From Deltaproteobacteria bacterium (lineage in GTDB: Bacteria; Myxococcota; Myxococcia; Myxococcales; JAHFDP01), in NCBI GenBank assembly GCA_023248955.1, contig JAHFDP010000004.1:17704-81703 (forward strand): a stretch of DNA of 64,000 bases, read 5' to 3'. The notes under the pieces are model-generated. The model did not search any database, was not told the DNA's origin, and was given only the letters and a program-made list of their open reading frames with translations. A program made the position numbers and the translations under genes. Each line of letters begins with the position of its first letter. The stretch's first letter is position 1. Shown one piece after another: positions 28,901 to 36,368 of this stretch.

Positions 28901-29512
28901 ATGGCCGCGCAAGACCGCCACGCGGTGTTTTTCGATCGCCCCCGGCGTTACCCCCACCTGTAGCGGATTGGGACCTTCGTAAATAAACGACGTGGCGTCG
29001 GCCATGTTCGTTGCCACCGTGGTCTCCAGCACAGGAGCGACCTTGGCCGGATCGGGCGGCAGGCAACGGGGACAGCTTCCACCGCAATCGAGCCCAGTCT
29101 CGTCCCCATTTTTGATACCGTCCGTGCAGCTCGGCGCCTGGCAGACCGAATTTTTGCACACGCCACCGGCGCAATCGCTGGCAACGATGCACGCCAGACC
29201 GTCCTTGCATGCCAAACAGACGCCGCCACCACAGTCGACATCGGTCTCCTTGCCATCCTTCGTTTTATCGCTGCACGTCGAAAGCGCCTCGCAAACGGAA
29301 TTCGTACAGAGACCGCTGGCGCAATCTGCGGTCTTCGCGCACGCCTTGCCCGGCGAGCAGGGACCGCATCCGCCGCCGCAGTCGACGTCCGTCTCCATGC
29401 CGTTCTTGAAACCGTCGTTGCAACTCGGCCCTGAGGAGGCTTTTTTGCAGCCGGTCATCAGCGAAGTGGCAAAAATGGCGACGAGAAATGCAAGTTTCGG
29501 TTCGATGCGCAT
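22982..29512 (-). CDS. teneurin-like RHS/YD-repeat polymorphic toxin lipoprotein 2 (Cys-rich x3, TTR-like, NHL, YD shell, RHS core, ~201-aa tip)
   Basis: The ORF-track frame extends to 29794, but the plausible start is ATG 29512 (MRIEPKLAFLVAIFATSLMTGC, lipobox). Three C.DG.KNG.ETDVDCGG.C..C repeats. Colinear homology with RHS1 from VATNMA..A..F.Y.GPNP onward. Core end REYDSKIGRWISKDP...NFYVYAGNDPINFDDLSGL. Confidence 0.9.
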   Translation of the reverse strand: MRIEPKLAFLVAIFATSLMTGCKKASSGPSCNDGFKNGMETDVDCGGGCGPCSPGKACAKTADCASGLCTNSVCEALSTCSDKTKDGKETDVDCGGGVCLACKDGLACIVASDCAGGVCKNSVCQAPSCTDGIKNGDETGLDCGGSCPRCLPPDPAKVAPVLETTVATNMADATSFIYEGPNPLQVGVTPGAIEKHRVAVLRGHVRDQSGTDISEVSITILGHPEYGQTLTRKDGQFDIAVSGGGRLTVVFVKTDYHAANRTLDVPWLDYVAVPEIVMVQQDPAVSSIDVSGNSGAIQVARGSPVKDADGTRQATIFIPPKTRAVLRMPDGSTKPASMLHIHATEFTVGANGPQAMPADLPASSAYTYDVEINAEEEATVGATGVEFSQPVFLYVENFLRFPAGTPAPNGHYDSKRAVWVADQSGFVLTIVSITAGAADIDTHGDGKADDAATLATLGVTPQERAQLANLYKSGQSLFRVPISQIHQGFINPGEPFSLATSDVNYPTVTAVNPGDKFNPFTGTFIHIDPPDPSFDFDNHALRRSVGIVGTPFSLNYRSDRVPGLLPTLNIPVIDGTSHPGLKSIDLTISIAGRTEKKHFVPGPVAQAQNELFTWDRKDAYGRTVAGRQRLGVRRQLNFDATFVATSKFGDPPNACSPGDTSCKAPPKVVAFETGRNQISFLEDSEMQIGQLDGRSQGGLGGWTISVHHIYDPVGKVLYLGTGEVRAAENLLQIIKTVAGGGGDGHTLVDEVPATETTLTNGVGNIDVARDGSLFISTAYTVHKVDPKGIIHYVAGSNDTTFPSDDGHPAARTRMLIGPIAVGSDDTLYVIADNKIRHVKTDGTVETVAGNGVQGFSGDGGPAIAAQLSDPRSICFAKDGSLYIADRLNRRIRRVGTDGIISTAAGNGSDFDFHSPPPWDGAPAIVAPLPDVNLVACAPDGSVYFNSNFYVGRIKLDGTTETVAGLSPRNSADGSDIIHFDVRQGVADIKFAPDGSWYFGLEGFGAPFAYHVLTNGIVNRVAGNGTSGLFAGDAGPATQASLASARSIALHPDGSLLIADHLNFRVRKVGTPLPGYNTQDILIASEDGNAVYRFDKNGRHLATLHALTGAALSTFAYDSSGNLKTITDGDGDVTTIERDNTGNPTAIVGPYGQRTKLTVDGDGFLASASDPAGSKVEFTSKKGLITSITDPNGNTSTFRYDGQGRPAGATDALGASSTITRTDLPSGADSFSLHFTSPAGVQSEYDVAEFDDGKSQRLTVYPDGTRQALFMGTDADFSTEPNGTISTSTFGPDPRFGMQAPLLANATVNSPRGLKSATQHLRTVLLANPKDPLSLVSQIDKVTVDARTSILSFDAKSLTSTTLTPESRKVTSILDKLGRAVQIESAGILPITTTRDDHGRVKSVTTGSGTDARNAVLTYGLDGYVASTTNPLGQTSSSVYDLAGRVIEATRADGQTIRFAYDKNGSVTSITPPGQPAHLYSYDGDNQLTVYTPPAIAGTGSINTSYDQDGRVQQITRPDATTIQKAYDSAGRLSTTILPGERISYAYDAKLLPNPNTPGNPPTGQLSSITSSISGRIAYTYDGAQVLSETWSGGLVVGSVEWSYDANMRLHSETVDGQSPIVYQFDKDNLLTRAGDLVFKLDSQSGLMNGNSLKNISTSISRNGFGEVITLSAAGPSGPLQTATYARDALGRVLSLQESLNRSATNTTEYTYDLVGRLTKVKLNGTLQAIYTYDPNGNRLTYTDISNTTIQGKYDNQDRLLQYGNTDYLYNANGELSHKTEHTSLGDQVTSYTFDARSNLTSVALSNGTTIDYLLDALGRRIGKKVNGKLTQGFLYSNAMTPAAELDANGVVVSRFVSGYVIQGGKSYSIITDHQGNVRLVVDTDSGDIKQQTDYDEFGNVIKERISPDFRTIPLGFSGGLYDRDTGLIQFGAREYDSKIGRWISKDPIGFGGGTNFYVYAGNDPINFDDLSGLKYDPQQAEKDMEEGLFDGYTGLDTGQHHSPAYYHGKQMGIALALTQGVSGAVKNALAKEAARRAAAKIAADLAAGHPGGDAAVKRLIDALPKTENGMFNFVIHGSNKTVGMEGMVLQNGRWASVGAGEVANLIRASGWTPGTDIQLLSCGGGRLSNGLAQNVASILNTNVRAATDIVTSEVNTVTGAVQHTVANQGWWVIFHP

Positions 29513-29698
29513 GTAGGGTACTAAACATTGAATAGAAAGGCGGTCAAGTTGAACTCTGCTCGAAGGCGAGGTCGTAGAAGTCGATAGTCGCGGTTGGACG
29601 CGCTGTCCGAAGCAGTTAGCCAATGCCGCACATCGAGGCGCCGACGATGATGCGCTCGCCGACGATGGGCGGCCGCCGCGCGACGTTTGGGCGGTTAA

Positions 29699-30373
29699 GT
29701 GAAGAACCAGGTGACCAAACATAACGTCAAGGTTTTCAATGGCGGCGAGATCAGCTTCAAAGTGGAGGCTAACGATTCGGGAGACACATGCCATGGTGAT
29801 TCCGGTGGACCTGCGTTTGTCACCGAGAACGGGCAGGAAGCTATCTTGGGAATCACCTCTCGTGGTAACGGCGAAACACCCATTACGCTAAACGGCTTCC
29901 CATCCAGCACTTGCCGTGTGGAAACGATCGACACGCTCGTCGAGTCCTACATCGACTTCCTCGAGAGCTTCGCCAAGGCACACGGCGATCAGCTGGTCGC
30001 ACGCGTGCCCTCGACGCCAACCTGCACGGCATGCACCTCTGCTGCGAACTGCATCGGCGGGTTCTGCGTCTCGGACCGCAACGGCGGATCCTATTGCGCC
30101 GCGGCGTTCGAAGCAGGCATCGCTTGCGGCCCCGGCGAACGGTCCGTGGCGATCAATTCGGGCACCACGGCCATCGGCACTGGCTGCTACCCGGACAGCT
30201 GCGCAGCGCGCCCGCCCGCTCCGACTCCAACGCAGACTCCGGATCCCACGACAGTTCCGGGAGCAGCTGGTGACTCTTCGCGTGGCGCCTGTTCGAGCAC
30301 GGGCGCGTCCAGCCTCGCTCTGCTTCTGCTGGCCGGGCTCGGTGGCTCCCGACGCCGGTCGAGAAACGGCTAG
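29699..30373 (+). pseudogene. 5'-truncated trypsin-like (S1) serine protease with Cys-rich domain and MYXO-CTERM tail
   Basis: Only about 30 aa precede the catalytic Ser motif GDTCHGDSGGPAF, and an in-frame stop lies immediately upstream, so the His and Asp parts of the domain are missing. The C-terminus GACSSTGASSLALLLLAGLGGSRRRSRNG is MYXO-CTERM-like. Confidence 0.7.
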
Positions 30374-30393
30374 CTCCCCGGCTGTCCAAGGGA

Positions 30394-30423
30394 TCAAGGG
30401 AACATCCCCTTGACTCCTTTTTA
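30394..30423 (+). terminator. intrinsic terminator of the S1 protease remnant
   Basis: TCAAGGG-aacatc-CCCTTGA (7-bp stem) followed by CTCCTTTTTA. Confidence 0.7.
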
Positions 30424-30426
30424 CGC

Positions 30427-30998
30427 GTGTGCCCAGCACGGGCAGGGATAGGAGGCGAAAGTGCTCTGGGCGAGCAGGTCGTAGCGACCCCGAGCAAATC
30501 GCAAGGCGACAAGCCGGTGAGAGCCGGTCCGAGCGTGAGTTCGGCGCTGAAAGAAGCGATAGCGAAATCGCGAGTCGACGAACAGAAACTGGATATGAGG
30601 CGATGCCAACCAGGGCGATCACTTTTTCTTCTTGGAGTGGCGGAGCGAGAAGTCAGCAGAGGCCGTAGTAGCGCAGGGCACCGACCCTAAGGAGGCGGCA
30701 ACCGGGAGCGGATGTTGGGACTGATTCGCCGCTATCTCGAAGATGGCATGATGGCGAACGGGGTGGTGATGGAGCGGTACGAAGGAACGCCGCAAGGCGG
30801 ACCGTTGTCGTGGACAAGGAACTGGAGAAACGCGGGCATTTCTTCGTGCGCTATGCGGACGACCTGAATGTGTACGTCGGGTCCAAGCGGGCGGGCGAAG
30901 AGGCCATGCAGACGCTTGTGCGTTTGTACGAACGACTCCGGTTACGAATCAACGAGGCGAAGAGCGCGGTGGCGCGGCCGAAAGACCGGAAATACTAA
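30427..30998 (+). mobile_element. class C (IIC)-like group II intron remnant (5' ribozyme part plus decayed RT ORF, 3' part missing)
   Basis: Starts GTGTGCCCAGCACGGG (GUGYG consensus) 13 nt after the terminator stem. About 280 nt of structured non-coding sequence follow, then RT fragments. Ends abruptly in an AT-rich patch. Confidence 0.75.
30712..30998 (+). pseudogene. group II intron reverse transcriptase fragment (RT domains 4-7 only, frameshifted)
   Basis: LGLIRRYLEDGMMANGVVMERYEGTPQGGPLS, then a frame break near 30808, then DKELEKRGHFFVRYADDLNVYVGSKRAGEEAM...RINEAKSAVARP (YADD motif). The N-terminal RT domains, the X/maturase domain and ribozyme domains V-VI are absent. Confidence 0.8.
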
Positions 30999-31047
30999 GT
31001 AATTTTCGAATCTTATTATATGGTTCAACATCGCGTATAATAAACTT
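30999..31047 (+). promoter_or_regulatory. AT-rich promoter-like patch with TATAAT 6 nt before the ATG (possible leaderless transcript)
   Basis: taagtaattttcgaatcttattatatggttcaacatcgcgTATAATaaacttATG. This is a sharp GC drop relative to the flanks. Confidence 0.4.
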
Positions 31048-32067
31048 ATGCACCGCGCGCTTCCTGTTCTGGCACTGGGCGCGCTTGTCACCTATGGATG
31101 TAGCTCGGCAACCACTCGACGATCTCGCGCCGTCATCACCTTTGCCCCGTTAGCAGTCGAATTCGGATCGCAAATCGTCGGTACCACAGCAACGCAAGAA
31201 CTGGTTCTTTCCAACGGCGGTAGCTTTGTCCTCCTGCTCTCCCTTCCAAGGATTCTGGGAGATACACGCACCGTCTTTCGTACGAGCCCGATCCCATCCC
31301 AAATCGAGGCGGGAGCCAGTGTTCACTTGAAGGTGATCTACCTCCCCACCGCCGAGGGAGCCGACGGCGCGTCGCTGGTTCTCGAAAGCAACGCCGACAA
31401 CGCGCCAGAAGTCCGTATCCCGTTGGCCGGCCATGCCGCCGCCGCGACCTGCACGGATGGTGTGCTGGATGGGAGGGAGACGGACGTCGACTGCGGAGGC
31501 AAGACCTGCTCGGGCTGCGGTGATGGCAAAAAGTGCGGGACGCTCGCCGACTGCGCCGCCGGCCTAAGCTGCATCGTCGGCAGGTGCGCACCATGTATTA
31601 CAAACGATCAGTGCCTAGCCAATTTCACCTGCCGCGCGGGCCGATGCACCCCGTGCGACATCCAGAACGATGTCGATAACTGCGGCGCTTGCGACCACGT
31701 CTGTCCCACGCCGGTTCATGCGATCGCGCGTTGCGTGCAAGGTGTTTGCGGTCGAGGACCTTGCGCGCAGGGGAGCTTCGACCTAGGCGACGGCGCGGGT
31801 TGCGACTGGAGCTGCGTGGGGCGCCTCTGCACAAACGGCGCGGGCAAGACAATCCCCGTAAGCAATCCGGTCTTGCCGGAAACGGGCACCGCCTTCCAAA
31901 CGGTGGCGGCGGGCAGTTCGTATGGGGCGCGCAAGCAGGTCGGTCGATCCTTCGTCAACATCGGCGTGCTCGCCGAGCCGACGCCGCCCAACGCCCAGGG
32001 CGCCAGCGAACAGACCGGAACGCACTTTGTGAACGTGGGCGGAGTCAATGCTTCGCGGCCGCCGTAG
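31048..32067 (+). CDS. secreted lipoprotein with Ig-like (choice-of-anchor-D/ASH-like) domain and Cys-rich repeats
   Basis: 339-aa ORF with signal and lipobox ALVTYGCSS. Contains FAPLAVEFGSQIVGTTATQELVLSNGG and CTDGVLDGRETDVDCGGKTCSGC, the same Cys motif as the RHS2 N-terminus. Confidence 0.7.
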   Translation: MHRALPVLALGALVTYGCSSATTRRSRAVITFAPLAVEFGSQIVGTTATQELVLSNGGSFVLLLSLPRILGDTRTVFRTSPIPSQIEAGASVHLKVIYLPTAEGADGASLVLESNADNAPEVRIPLAGHAAAATCTDGVLDGRETDVDCGGKTCSGCGDGKKCGTLADCAAGLSCIVGRCAPCITNDQCLANFTCRAGRCTPCDIQNDVDNCGACDHVCPTPVHAIARCVQGVCGRGPCAQGSFDLGDGAGCDWSCVGRLCTNGAGKTIPVSNPVLPETGTAFQTVAAGSSYGARKQVGRSFVNIGVLAEPTPPNAQGASEQTGTHFVNVGGVNASRPP

Positions 32068-32082
32068 CGGGGGGATTCCTAA

Positions 32083-35000
32083 ATGTATTGCAAACAGTAT
32101 CGTTTGAAATACGTCATCCTGGGCGCTGTTTTCTTCGCAAACGCAGCCCTGGCACAGGTTCCCGAGAAGCTCGGCTACCAGGGCCGGCTGCTCAATGCCA
32201 AAGATGGAACGCCGCTCGAAGGCACCACGGCCATCACGTTTCGTCTCTTCGACAGCGAGACCGGCGGCAACAATTTGTGGGAAGAAAAGCAGCCAACGGT
32301 CGTGCTTACGGACGGTTTCTACGAGACTTTTCTCGGCGAGGTCACCCCATTTGGGGGAGGCGTGATTGATGGCCACGATCGCTACCTCGAAGTCCAGATC
32401 GGCAGCGATCCGCCGCTCGTTCCGCGGCAGCCAATCGGAAGCGTCCCCTACGCGGTGCGCGCGGGCAACGCGGTCAACGTCGTTGGCGGAACGGTCAACA
32501 CCACGAGCCTCACCATGGGAGGCAAAAGCATCACCGCGCTCTACTCCGCCGGAAGCGGCATCACCATCGATAGCAATGAAACGATTTCGCTCTTCGCCGG
32601 ATGCGCGCGTGGCGAGATTCTCAAGTGGAGTGGAAGCGCGTGGGCCTGCGGGCCCGATCTCACTTCCGGCGGCACCGTCACAACCATCAACACCGGACCG
32701 GGGTTGACCGGCGGGCCCATCAGTGGCAACGGCACGATCGGCATCGCCGCCGGCGGAGTTGCCAACGAGATGCTGACCCACTCCACGCTCACGGTTACGG
32801 CAGGTCCCGGACTCCAGGGTGGCGGCCAGATTTCGCTGGGCGGCGCAACGACGCTTTCGGTGGTAAATCCGGGCGGAGATCTGTCGGGATTCGCGCCGTC
32901 GACAGTGGTGGGAATTCAGGGCGCGCCGCTTGCGCCGACGCCGCCCAAGGATGGACAGGTGCTCAAGTTTGACGCGAACAAAGGCATGTGGATTCCCGCC
33001 GAGAAGCTCGCTGCAGGGGATGTGACGAACAACCTGCTCGCGAATAGCACGATCACGGTGAAGGCTGGCGCGGGGCTCACCGGAGGTGGATCGGTTGCAC
33101 TCGGTGCTTCGACCACATTGGCGGTTGGACCCGAGGGCGGCGATCTTTCGGGCACCTACGGAAGTACAACGTTGGCGAAAATTCAGGGAAAGCAGCTCGC
33201 AGCGGCTGCGCCGGCCGATGGCCAAGTGCTGAAGTTCGACGCGACGAACAGCCAGTGGGCGCCCAGCGTGGACAACAACTCCGGCGGTACGGTGACCAGC
33301 ATCGCCACTGGAGCTGGATTGGCCGGTGGGCCAATCACGGGCAGCGGGACGATTAGTATTCCCAATGGTGCTGTAACGAACGCGATGCTCGTCAACAGCG
33401 CAGTTACGCTGACTGCCGGCACAGGACTCTCCGGCGGCGGCACGACCGCACTTGGGAGCGGCGGCGTGACGTTAAACAACACCGGCATTCTGACGCTTGC
33501 GGCGATCGCGCCGCTGTCGGTGTCGGGCGGCCAGACCGCGCTCGTTGCGCTATCCGGAACCGTGCCGATTGCCAATGGTGGAACCGGGATCACGGCGGCT
33601 CCAAGCGCGAGCGGGCAGTATTTGCGCAGCGGCGGCAGCGGAACGTGGGGAGTGGGCCGGATATCGGCGGGCGACTTGCCGAATCCAGGTGGCGACCTGT
33701 CTGGCTACGCTCCCGCAACGGTGGTGGGCGTCCAGGGCGTCGCGGTTTCGACGATCGCGCCAGCGTCCGGACAGGTTCTGAAGTTCGACGCGACGAACGC
33801 GCAGTGGACGCCGAGTACGGACAACAACTCCGGCGGTACGGTAACCAGCATCGCCACAGGAGCTGGATTGGCCGGCGGGCCAATCACGGGCAGCGGGACG
33901 ATTAGTATTCCCAATAGTGCTGTAACGAACGCGATGCTCGTCAACAGCACAGTTACGCTGACTGCCGGCACAGGACTCTCCGGCGGCGGCACGACCGCAC
34001 TTGGGAGCGGCGGCGTGACGTTAAACAACACCGGCATTCTGACGCTTGCGGCGATCGCGCCGCTGTCGGTGTCGGGCGGCCAGGCCGCGCTCGTTGCGCT
34101 TTCCGGAACCGTTCCGATCGCCAATGGCGGAACCGGCATTACCGCGGCACCGACGGCCAGCGGGCAGTATCTGCGCAGCGGCGCCGCCGGGGCCTGGGGA
34201 GTGGGCACGATCACGGCGGGCGACATGCCGCCGGAAGGTGGCGATCTCTCGGGCGCTTACGGAAGCGCAACGTTGGCAAAAATTCAGGGGAAGCTACTTG
34301 CGGCGGCCGCCCCTGGCGACGGACAGGTTTTGAAATTCGACGCAGTTGGCGGCAAATGGCAGCCGAGCGTGGACAACAACTCCGGCGGTACGGTGACCAG
34401 CATCGCCACAGGAGCTGGATTGGCCGGCGGACCGATCACGGGCAGCGGGACGATTAGTATTCCCAATAGTGCTGTAACGAACGCGATGCTCGTCAACAGC
34501 GCGGTCACGCTGACCGCGGGCACAGGGCTCTCCGGCGGTGGAACGACGTCGCTCGGCAGTGGTGGTGTGACGTTGAGCAACACGGGTATTTTGTCGCTTG
34601 CGGCGACGGGGCCGCTGTCTGTGTCGGGCGGCCAGGCCGCGCTCGTTGCGCTTTCCGGAACCGTGCCGATTGCCAACGGCGGCACCGGCATCACAGCGGC
34701 ACCAACGGCCAGCGGGCAATACCTGCGCAGCAGCGGCAGCGGCGCCTGGGCCGTCGGCACGATCTCCGCGGGCGACCTGCCGGCGGAAGGCGGGGACGTG
34801 ACTGGTGCCTACGGAAATAGCACCGTAGCGAAGATTCAGAACCAGCCGGTTGTTTCGACGACACCGACGGATGGTCAAATTCTGAAGTACAATGGGACAA
34901 ATAAGAACTGGGCTCTTGTTTCGGATCCGGTTCCGGCGGGTGCCGTGATGTCGTTCAACTTGGCTGCATGTCCCGCTGGCTGGTCGGAGCTCGTGGCCGC

Positions 35001-35313
35001 GCGCGGGCGCTATCTTGTTGGGCTTCCCTCTGGTGGGACGCTTGGAAACCCGGTGGGGCAACCACTAAGCGATGGTGAGAACCGTGCAGTTGGAAAACAT
35101 AACCATACGCTAACGGATCCAGGCCACACGCACCCCGTGCCAATAACGAATGCTGGGACCGCCGGCTCAATTCAGCCGGCTTTCGGAAATCCGCCAGCGG
35201 CCGGAAGCGGCTCGACAGATTCCCAGAAAACAGGAATTACACTTGCGGAAGCCGGGACTGTGGCGGGCACGAACGCGCCTTATCTCGAGCTTCTGGTGTG
35301 TCAAAAGAATTAA
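32083..35313 (+). CDS. secreted phage-tail-fibre-like protein with long tandem repeats and C-terminal tail-collar domain
   Basis: 1076-aa ORF with signal peptide VILGAVFFANAALAQ. N-terminal LGYQGRLL..DGTPL.G....TFRLFD...GGN.LWEE. Repeats contain PIANGGTGITAAP. The C-terminus PAGAVMSFNLAACPAGWSEL...GKHNHTLTDPGHTH...APYLELLVCQKN is collar-like. Confidence 0.75.
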   Translation: MYCKQYRLKYVILGAVFFANAALAQVPEKLGYQGRLLNAKDGTPLEGTTAITFRLFDSETGGNNLWEEKQPTVVLTDGFYETFLGEVTPFGGGVIDGHDRYLEVQIGSDPPLVPRQPIGSVPYAVRAGNAVNVVGGTVNTTSLTMGGKSITALYSAGSGITIDSNETISLFAGCARGEILKWSGSAWACGPDLTSGGTVTTINTGPGLTGGPISGNGTIGIAAGGVANEMLTHSTLTVTAGPGLQGGGQISLGGATTLSVVNPGGDLSGFAPSTVVGIQGAPLAPTPPKDGQVLKFDANKGMWIPAEKLAAGDVTNNLLANSTITVKAGAGLTGGGSVALGASTTLAVGPEGGDLSGTYGSTTLAKIQGKQLAAAAPADGQVLKFDATNSQWAPSVDNNSGGTVTSIATGAGLAGGPITGSGTISIPNGAVTNAMLVNSAVTLTAGTGLSGGGTTALGSGGVTLNNTGILTLAAIAPLSVSGGQTALVALSGTVPIANGGTGITAAPSASGQYLRSGGSGTWGVGRISAGDLPNPGGDLSGYAPATVVGVQGVAVSTIAPASGQVLKFDATNAQWTPSTDNNSGGTVTSIATGAGLAGGPITGSGTISIPNSAVTNAMLVNSTVTLTAGTGLSGGGTTALGSGGVTLNNTGILTLAAIAPLSVSGGQAALVALSGTVPIANGGTGITAAPTASGQYLRSGAAGAWGVGTITAGDMPPEGGDLSGAYGSATLAKIQGKLLAAAAPGDGQVLKFDAVGGKWQPSVDNNSGGTVTSIATGAGLAGGPITGSGTISIPNSAVTNAMLVNSAVTLTAGTGLSGGGTTSLGSGGVTLSNTGILSLAATGPLSVSGGQAALVALSGTVPIANGGTGITAAPTASGQYLRSSGSGAWAVGTISAGDLPAEGGDVTGAYGNSTVAKIQNQPVVSTTPTDGQILKYNGTNKNWALVSDPVPAGAVMSFNLAACPAGWSELVAARGRYLVGLPSGGTLGNPVGQPLSDGENRAVGKHNHTLTDPGHTHPVPITNAGTAGSIQPAFGNPPAAGSGSTDSQKTGITLAEAGTVAGTNAPYLELLVCQKN
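33271..34925 (+). repeat. three near-identical 549-552-bp (183-184-aa) tandem coding repeats
   Basis: gacaacaactccggcggtacggt(g/a)accagcatcgccac recurs at 33271, 33820 and 34372. More diverged partial copies extend back to about 32660. Confidence 0.85.
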
Positions 35314-35342
35314 ACAGACCGACAGCGGAAAGAGAGCCTCGA

Positions 35343-36242
35343 GTGAAAATTTTTTCGTGGGTTGTGCTGGCCGGTGCAGCTGTGGCGTGCACTCCGAGTA
35401 GTAGTGGCGGCGGCAACGCTGGTACGACGCCAGACACGAACGGCGGTGGAAACGACGCTAGTGTCACGGACGGCGGCAACGTCTCCGGCGATGGCGGAAC
35501 ATCAGGTGGTGGCGGTAGTACGACGGACGCTGGCGGTGCCGACGGCGGCGTTGCTAGCGATGCCGGGACCGTTGGGAATGGGACCGTTGGCGCCGCATGT
35601 ACCGCCGACGGTCAGTGCACCGCAAGCGGCCAATCTTCGCGTTGTCTCACGGACGGATTCCCCGGAGGCGCCTGCACCGCGACCTGCAAAGCCGCTGCCG
35701 ATTGCCCCGGCGGCAACGCAAGCTGCATGATGGTGAACGCGGCAACAGGGAAGACCTGTGTGTCCAAGTGCGCCACATCCGCCGATTGCCGGCAGGGCTA
35801 CTTTTGTAGCACCTCTGCTGCTGTCCCGGGTTGCATTCCGCGGTGCGACGTCGAGGCCGATCCTGAACAAACATGCAAGGATCGCTACGGCAGCGCCACG
35901 ACGTGCAAGGGAACGACCGATGGGGATTGCAACTTTACACCAGGCACGCGCAACGAGGGCGAAAGCTGCGATGCTTCACTTACCTTGACGGCCTTGCACT
36001 GCGGATCGCTATTCTCCTGCCTGTTCACGAGGCGTGATGCACAAACGCAACTCTTAGTCGGTTTCTGCTCGAAGATTCCTTGCAAGGACGGCGACTGCGG
36101 AAACCCAAGTGGCACGAGCGGCAAGTGCGTCACGAAAAACGGAAACAGCGGCTGCTTCTACCACTGCACAACAAATTGCCCCAACGGAACAACCTGCACG
36201 CAGCCCACGGCAAACCGAGCGGACGACGTTTGTATGCCTTGA
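35343..36242 (+). CDS. Cys-rich secreted lipoprotein, unknown function
   Basis: The ORF-track frame starts at 35298, but a GTG at 35343 gives VKIFSWVVLAGAAVAC (lipobox). A Gly/Asp/Thr-rich linker is followed by about 30 Cys residues. Confidence 0.6.
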   Translation: MKIFSWVVLAGAAVACTPSSSGGGNAGTTPDTNGGGNDASVTDGGNVSGDGGTSGGGGSTTDAGGADGGVASDAGTVGNGTVGAACTADGQCTASGQSSRCLTDGFPGGACTATCKAAADCPGGNASCMMVNAATGKTCVSKCATSADCRQGYFCSTSAAVPGCIPRCDVEADPEQTCKDRYGSATTCKGTTDGDCNFTPGTRNEGESCDASLTLTALHCGSLFSCLFTRRDAQTQLLVGFCSKIPCKDGDCGNPSGTSGKCVTKNGNSGCFYHCTTNCPNGTTCTQPTANRADDVCMP

Positions 36243-36313
36243 GCCGCTCGCCCGCCTCGGTTCCCGCCGTGTTAAGGGACAGGCTCTTAGCCTTAGCAGG
36301 CTGTTGAGAGGAC

Positions 36314-36344
36314 GAGACCAGCGGCAGCGGGCACCGCTGGTCTC
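36314..36344. terminator. bidirectional hairpin between convergent genes
   Basis: GAGACCAGCGG-cagcgggca-CCGCTGGTCTC, a perfect 11-bp stem. No strong T-tract. Confidence 0.5.
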
Positions 36345-36368
36345 GCCGCAAGCGTCGCGTGCCATGCG

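Noticed and set aside
29513-29794. N-terminal extension of the RHS2 ORF to 29794, IVG-like and AAH-like strings in other frames
   Set aside because: The extension has no signal-peptide character, whereas ATG 29512 gives a clean lipoprotein signal. The trypsin-like strings (PIVGERIIVG on the minus strand, LANAAHRG on the plus strand) are too short and too degenerate to call.
31783-33225. 480-aa minus-strand ORF spanning the 31048 and 32083 genes
   Set aside because: It crosses an intergenic gap and lies antisense to two well-supported secreted-protein genes. It has an Arg-rich low-complexity composition.
34294-35061. 255-aa minus-strand ORF and related ORFs within the tail-fibre repeats
   Set aside because: They are repeat-generated antisense frames; the plus frame carries the coherent fibre and collar sequence.
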